A stretch of DNA of 64,000 nucleotides from Pirellulaceae bacterium (lineage in GTDB: Bacteria > Planctomycetota > Planctomycetia > Pirellulales > Pirellulaceae). Under the pieces are notes generated by a model that ran no database searches, had not been told where the DNA came from, and was given only the letters and a program-made list of their open reading frames with translations. Made by a program: the position numbers and the translations under genes. Where the stretch lies: assembly GCA_041751975.1 (NCBI GenBank), contig JBGSHW010000084.1, positions 41,745-105,744 on the forward strand, written 5' to 3'. This document shows positions 58,936 to 64,000 of the stretch, in pieces (the first letter of the stretch is position 1; each line of letters begins with the position of its first letter).

Positions 58936-59004
58936 CATCCATTCATGGAAATACATCCATTCATGGAAATACATCCATTCACGGAAATACATCCATTCAC
59001 GGAA
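58936..59004. repeat. 18-nt tandem repeat x3.8 with an internal palindrome (CATCCATTCA(T/C)GGAAATA)
   Basis: Units start at 58936, 58954, 58972 and 58990; TCCAT-TC-ATGGA dyad in the first two. Confidence 0.93.
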
Positions 59005-59019
59005 GAAAGCGGCCTGGCT

Positions 59020-59052
59020 AAAAAAAAGGAGTCTCAACGCCGCGTTGAGTCC
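59020..59052 (-). terminator. Candidate minus-strand intrinsic terminator about 200 nt upstream of the SEC-C gene
   Basis: Minus strand reads GGA-CTCAACG-cgg-CGTTGAG-AC-TCC-TTTTTTTT. Confidence 0.5.
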
Positions 59053-59268
59053 GTATGCTGTTTTCAGATACAAGATTCTATCAGACTTGTTCTCCGTTGG
59101 CGACTCCGATGCAGTCGGTGAAAGTTGCGGATAGCCCCGGGTTAATAACTCTCCAGTAGCCTAATCGCGCGTTTTAGCACCGGCCAAGGTCGGCCGGTAC
59201 TCGACCCGCCTGCCGTGCGATAGAATGACGTTCACTCACAGCGATTTCTTTATTCAAGAGCCTCACGT

Positions 59269-60603
59269 TTGCGAAGCACACTCTTTTACATACCCCACGA
59301 AATCGCGGGAGTCCCGCTGTTCGGGTTCGGGCTCCTGCTGGCCGTGATCGTAGTAGCACTTGTCGGCTGGACAGCTTGGCAATGGCTGCGGCAACGGCCC
59401 CTGTCTGAAACCTTGAGCGCTGCCCCGTTCTGGTTGATCACCGCCGCGGTTGTGGTGTGGGTACTCCCTAACGTTGAAGCCCGCTGGCCCGATGGTACTC
59501 CCATCGGATTACCGATTCGAGGCTACGGCGTAATGGTTCTGCTGGGCTTGCTCAGTGGCATCGGCATCTGCGTCGTGCGTGGGAAACAACTTGGGATCCA
59601 CCCCGACACGATTATTGGACTCGGCTTCTGGATGATGCTTGGCGGCGTGCTGGGAGCTCGGCTCTTTTATGTTGTGCAGAAGTGGGAAGAGTTTAGGCTA
59701 CAGCCCGCCAGTATCCTGATGCTGACCGAGGGGGGATTGGTGATCTATGGTGGCGTGATCGGCGGCCTGGTGGCAGGCGCGATTTATTGCTACCGACATC
59801 AATTGAACGTCGCCGCCACCGCCGACTTGGTGGCCCCGGGATTCCTGATTGGTTACGCGCTCGGTCGAATCGGCTGCCTACTGCACGGCTGTTGCTTCGG
59901 GGGCATCTGCGCGAGTAATCTACCGGCCATTGAATTTCCTCACGGTAGCGGACCTTACCAAGCTCAAGTGGCCAGCGGTGCATTGCTCGGACTGGAACTG
60001 AAACAAAATCACTTGCCAACACGCGTCACACGCGTCAGGCCGGCTAGCCCAGCCGACATCCGAGGAATCGCAGTCGGGGACTTGATCGAGGCGATCAAAT
60101 TGCATCAACTGCCACCGGAAAAGGGAAGCGACCCCACCGCCCCGGAACGACTGGTTGTCGATTTTCAAGTCAGCCGTATCAGCGATGGTTCGAGCCGCAG
60201 CGACCGCATCACACTTTTTCCGGAGAACTTGCCTGAACGCAGTCTGCCAGTCCATCCTTCGCAAATCTACGCGGCCATCAACGGACTGCTGCTGTGTCTC
60301 CTTATAGGGTTGCTGCAACCGTTCCCCCAGCGAGATGGCATGGCATTCTTGACGGCGATTTTGCTGTACGCCGTTTCCCGATTTCTATTGGAGGGAATTC
60401 GCAGCGACGAGGCCGGTCAGTTAGGGACCGAATTCACCATCGCGCAGCTCATCGCGCTCGCCAGTGGAACTGTGGCTGCAATCGGGCTGATAGGCCTGGC
60501 CCTGCGCCCTGGGCAGCGGGTGTGGAACTGGAAGGGTGCCCCGCAGCCGCGGCAACCGGATGTTCTACAAATAGCGAAAATGAGCAAAAAACTCCGATCT
60601 TAG
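59269..60603 (+). CDS. lgt: Prolipoprotein diacylglyceryl transferase (Lgt) with a soluble insertion
   Basis: RGYG, GARLFYV, GGLVIYGG, GRIGCLLHGCCFG, HPSQIY and RFLLEGIR motifs; TTG start. Confidence 0.88.
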   Translation: MRSTLFYIPHEIAGVPLFGFGLLLAVIVVALVGWTAWQWLRQRPLSETLSAAPFWLITAAVVVWVLPNVEARWPDGTPIGLPIRGYGVMVLLGLLSGIGICVVRGKQLGIHPDTIIGLGFWMMLGGVLGARLFYVVQKWEEFRLQPASILMLTEGGLVIYGGVIGGLVAGAIYCYRHQLNVAATADLVAPGFLIGYALGRIGCLLHGCCFGGICASNLPAIEFPHGSGPYQAQVASGALLGLELKQNHLPTRVTRVRPASPADIRGIAVGDLIEAIKLHQLPPEKGSDPTAPERLVVDFQVSRISDGSSRSDRITLFPENLPERSLPVHPSQIYAAINGLLLCLLIGLLQPFPQRDGMAFLTAILLYAVSRFLLEGIRSDEAGQLGTEFTIAQLIALASGTVAAIGLIGLALRPGQRVWNWKGAPQPRQPDVLQIAKMSKKLRS

Positions 60604-60797
60604 CGACGGACAGCCCAGGAACGATGTTGCATTATTGGTCATTTCGGATTGACATCTGCCAAATATTGCAACGCACAACCCAGTAGGGGGTGTTTTAGCA
60701 GGTCGCTGAGCGGTAGATTGTGTGCATCGTCAGGGAAGCATCAGCGCCTACCTACATTTGTATCCGCCCCTACTCGAAGAGAGAGTACCACATATCG

Positions 60798-61574
60798 ATG
60801 TGTCTACTGGCCGTTCTCTATCGTCTTGTTCCTGAAAGTCCGATCCTGGTTGCTGCAAACAGGGAAGAATATTACGACCGACCTTCGCAGTCCCCCTCCA
60901 TTCAATCCGGCAAACCACGCGTGCTTTGCGGTATGGACCAACGGGCTGGCGGGACGTGGCTGGGGGTCAATCAGCATGGCATGTTTGTTGGCTTGAGCAG
61001 TCGCCGTGGGACATCCGATCCCATTGGAGCCCGAGCTCGTGGCTTGCTGGCCCGAGAAGTGCTCCGAAGTAGCAGCGCTCGCAAAGGGGTCGACAAGGCC
61101 ATGGAAGCTTTGATGACCGATCGCTACGAGGCTCTCAACCTGATCGTATGCGACGCGGAAAGTGGCTGGGTCATTCACAGCGATGAAGAACAGGAGGTGG
61201 TACCGCTTGAGGATGGACTTAATATCATCGGCAATCAAAACCTGAATGACCCGAATGATGAGCGGGTGAGGTTAGCCCATCGCTTGTTAACGTTGCAGAT
61301 GCTCGACTCTCCGGTCAAGTTCTTGGCGGTAGCTAGCAAAGTGTTCGCCCGGGCTCCAACCCCCCAAGGCCGACCCAGCATGATTGTCCGTGGCCGCGAT
61401 TATGGAACGGTCAGCAGCACGTTGCTGGCACTCAGCCCCAAACCGCGCGACGCCATTTTCCAGTTCTCTTCCGGCGCGCCGGACGAAGCCAAGTACGAGG
61501 ATTACTCACCCATGCTAAGAGATATCCTCAGCCGCGGCTTGCGAGAAGCGCGCTCCAAGGTCAAGGCGAACTAG
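60798..61574 (+). CDS. NRDE/TANGO2 family protein
   Basis: MC N-terminus, AANREEYYDRP, GGTWLGVN and YGTVSST motifs. Confidence 0.92.
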   Translation: MCLLAVLYRLVPESPILVAANREEYYDRPSQSPSIQSGKPRVLCGMDQRAGGTWLGVNQHGMFVGLSSRRGTSDPIGARARGLLAREVLRSSSARKGVDKAMEALMTDRYEALNLIVCDAESGWVIHSDEEQEVVPLEDGLNIIGNQNLNDPNDERVRLAHRLLTLQMLDSPVKFLAVASKVFARAPTPQGRPSMIVRGRDYGTVSSTLLALSPKPRDAIFQFSSGAPDEAKYEDYSPMLRDILSRGLREARSKVKAN

Positions 61575-61604
61575 AAACGATCCACTTCGCCTAAACGCAA
61601 ACCC

Positions 61605-61628
61605 TGAGCGAGTCCATCGACTCGCTCA
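61605..61628. terminator. 10-bp perfect hairpin between convergent genes
   Basis: TGAGCGAGTC-catc-GACTCGCTCA; no U-tract, so terminator function is uncertain. Confidence 0.45.
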
Positions 61629-61695
61629 TGCGGCGGCGGACTGTTGATCGCGGACTGTTGACCTGCTTAGGGATGACACGCAGCATGAATTTCGT

Positions 61696-62757
61696 TCACC
61701 TTCCGATTCTTGGCTCAAGGGTCACGTGATTTCCCCCCACATGCTTTGAGGCATACAGGAGTTGGTCGGCGCGGTTGTACCAACTTTCACGAGTGTCGCC
61801 AGCCCGCAGCAAGGCGATCCCAATTGAGATGGTCACCTTGCCCAGCTCCTGACCGGTCCGATTTAGAAGCAACGACTGCTGAGCGAAGTGCTGTCGCAGC
61901 TCATTACCCAGATCGGCCGCATCGTCTGCCGAAGCAACGTGACTCAAGACGGCGAATTCGTCCCCGCCAATCCTCGCCACCGTCCCCTCGGCTGACCGTT
62001 GCTTTAATTCACCCCCCACGTAAACCAGCAGGTCGTCACCGGCACTATGTCCGAATCCGTCGTTGACCCGCTTGAATTCATCCAGGTCGATCAAAATCAG
62101 AGCGGTCAAGCCAACGGCATCTGGCTCCACACGCGCACGAGCGATGATCGATTCGAGGGTCGACTCGAACATGCGCCGATTACCAATCTGAGTAAGGCTA
62201 TCGGTCAACATGGCTTTCTGTGACCGCAGCAGTTCTTGCCGCAGGTCCTTGATTTGCGATTCCGAAGCTTCCAGGCGTTGATTGGTTCGCTTCAACTGCT
62301 GCTGCATCGCTTCGTTGCTCAATAAGACCGCAGTGATGCATTCACTCAGTACTTCTTTGGACGATTCGTCTTGAGTCAATTCATTGCCAGCATCGACCAG
62401 GGCGTCCTGAAGCTCTTTTCCAGCGTCAAATTGAGTGCGCAACGTGGTTTGAAGCTGCTGGACTTCCCGAACCAGTGTTTCGCTAGCGCGCTGCTGAAGC
62501 TCTGCGTCCATCGATGGAGGAAAGTATCGTTGCCGGATGTCTGCAATGCGCTGCTCACTCACATCGTTAGATTCAATTGCCCGCCCGAGCTCTTTGATTA
62601 AATCCGAATGGGTACCCTCCGCGTATCGGTACCAAAGTTCGTAGATTTGCGGTGTGGGTGGGGTCTGAAAAGTTCCCACGTGCCTCAGCGCTTCTTTGGC
62701 GATGGCAAAAGCCTGCTGGAAAGCGGGAGCCGCAGTGGCTGAATGAATCGGTTTCAA
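61696..62757 (-). CDS. Diguanylate cyclase (cytoplasmic, coiled-coil N-terminus)
   Basis: PTPQIYELWYRY N-terminus; TDSLTQIGNRR, IDLDEFKRVND and GGDEF motifs. Confidence 0.95.
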   Translation of the reverse strand: MKPIHSATAAPAFQQAFAIAKEALRHVGTFQTPPTPQIYELWYRYAEGTHSDLIKELGRAIESNDVSEQRIADIRQRYFPPSMDAELQQRASETLVREVQQLQTTLRTQFDAGKELQDALVDAGNELTQDESSKEVLSECITAVLLSNEAMQQQLKRTNQRLEASESQIKDLRQELLRSQKAMLTDSLTQIGNRRMFESTLESIIARARVEPDAVGLTALILIDLDEFKRVNDGFGHSAGDDLLVYVGGELKQRSAEGTVARIGGDEFAVLSHVASADDAADLGNELRQHFAQQSLLLNRTGQELGKVTISIGIALLRAGDTRESWYNRADQLLYASKHVGGNHVTLEPRIGR

Positions 62758-63163
62758 CGATGACTCCCAAGTAATGTAGAGAATTCGATGATTGGGATGC
62801 TGCGGGTTGAAAACGGTTTATACGCATTATTACTTGTTAATAAAAGTCGCATATTGCGTTTAAATCGTCGAATTGGGGATCGACAGATCTTATTTGATAG
62901 AACACGCGAAGACACTACTTATTTCGAGGGGCGTAGAAAAAATTCGCGAGGGTGCTTTTGTCGATTGGACGGGGCCGTGCCACAGCAAACTGAGGCTTTA
63001 GGGAGATGTTGACGTTTCGAGGGCTGGTATTCGTCGGTCAGTCCGATCGCAAACAGTGGCAGGCGCGGGGGTGCACTCGGTGACTCGAGGTTGCGGTGAA
63101 CTCCGAAAAATCCTATACGACAGATCGAAGAAACTTGGCCCGTACCTCTTGCAACGTTCCGAC

Positions 63164-64000
63164 ATGCTGCAGATCAACCCACCTCTGATTGAAGTAGAAG
63201 GCGCCTATTTGGCGTACGGCGACCTCCAAGCGCTGGCTGGATTGTCACTCGAGCTGCATGCTGGCGAGTTGTTGGGCTTGCTTGGCCCCAACGGTGCGGG
63301 CAAGACGACGCTGATCAACTGCCTGGCCAGTCGGCAGCAACTCGACCGCGGCCGAATTCGGATGGGGTTGGCTGGCCGGTTGTCCGATCGATTGGGCATA
63401 GTCCCCCAAGAAATTGCCGTTTATCCTGACCTAACGGTGCAGCAGAACTTATCGATTTTTGGTCGCTTACATGGCCTGTCGGGTAGGGAACTTAGGCAGC
63501 GCATCGCCGAAGCCCTGGATTGGGCGAAACTTGTACCACGCTCCAAGACCCTGGTGCACACGCTCTCCGGCGGCATGCAACGACGGCTGAACATTGCTTG
63601 CAGCGTGCTCCATCATCCGCAAATCTTGCTATTGGATGAGCCCACCGTTGGGATCGACCCGCAAAGTCGGGAACGCATCTACGCGATGCTCGACAATTTG
63701 CTCGAGCTCGGAACCGCCATCCTCTTGACCACCCACCAACTTGACGAAGCCCAATCCCGCTGCGACCGCATCGCCATCATCGATGGAGGACGCATCATAG
63801 AATCGGGAACTTACGAAGAGCTACTGGAGCGAACGATTGGCTCGACACAACAGCTAAGCCTGAGATTCGCGGAACCGCAGACCAATGTTCCAGCACCACT
63901 GACATTGAGCGAATCGGGTTTGGAAGCACACGGTGTGATACCGGGCGGCAATGGACAACTCCCGCACTTACTCGCCCAGTTCCTGGCCGCAGACGTCTAC
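63164..64000 (+). CDS. ABC transporter ATP-binding protein (ABC-2 exporter type); partial, runs off the right edge
   Basis: Manual translation from ATG 63164 gives GPNGAGKTT, LSGGMQRR, LLLDEP and TTH motifs. Confidence 0.95.
   Translation, partial: MLQINPPLIEVEGAYLAYGDLQALAGLSLELHAGELLGLLGPNGAGKTTLINCLASRQQLDRGRIRMGLAGRLSDRLGIVPQEIAVYPDLTVQQNLSIFGRLHGLSGRELRQRIAEALDWAKLVPRSKTLVHTLSGGMQRRLNIACSVLHHPQILLLDEPTVGIDPQSRERIYAMLDNLLELGTAILLTTHQLDEAQSRCDRIAIIDGGRIIESGTYEELLERTIGSTQQLSLRFAEPQTNVPAPLTLSESGLEAHGVIPGGNGQLPHLLAQFLAADVY

Noticed and set aside
58936-59004. 18-nt palindromic repeats as a mini-CRISPR
   Set aside because: No spacers between units
62758-63163. Possible c-di-GMP riboswitch upstream of the DGC/ABC genes
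   Set aside because: Only a GCAAAC fragment is present; the GNRA tetraloop/receptor and P1-P2 architecture are missing

Overview
This 64-kb window is bacterial and, from its gene families (PSD1/DUF1549-DUF1553 cytochrome plus DUF1501 pair, PVC-type heme protein, fae-mtdC, TonB-less ExbB-ExbD-ExbD, SEC-C and UvrB/C-motif proteins), almost certainly from a Planctomycete (Pirellulaceae-like). It is gene-dense, with about 55 CDS, two of them cut by the window edges. It carries sugar-acid catabolism (tandem class II aldolase, ALDH, KdgK, UxuB-like SDR, UxuA, enolase-superfamily dehydratase, MFS), housekeeping and cofactor genes (ahpC, cysI, ilvE, queD, panD, ribD, lgt, fae, mtdC), several peptidases/amidases and one diguanylate cyclase. 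I found no tRNA, rRNA, CRISPR array or transposase. The most unusual signals are: (i) a family of TACTC(C/G) hexamer elements sitting just after stop codons, including a 375-bp bipartite inverted array inside the uxuA operon; (ii) a small protein plus nucleotidyltransferase-like gene pair next to one of these elements, with the catalytic N-half apparently deleted; (iii) four LacI-type operator cores in front of an operon that couples a PSD1/DUF1501 pair to sugar-acid catabolism; (iv) a GCS2 ligase + M14 amidase + Ntn isoaspartyl peptidase + transglutaminase neighbourhood; and (v) many 10-18 nt tandem micro-duplications that are always multiples of 3 inside CDS. All functional calls come from motif recognition by eye; no searches were run.
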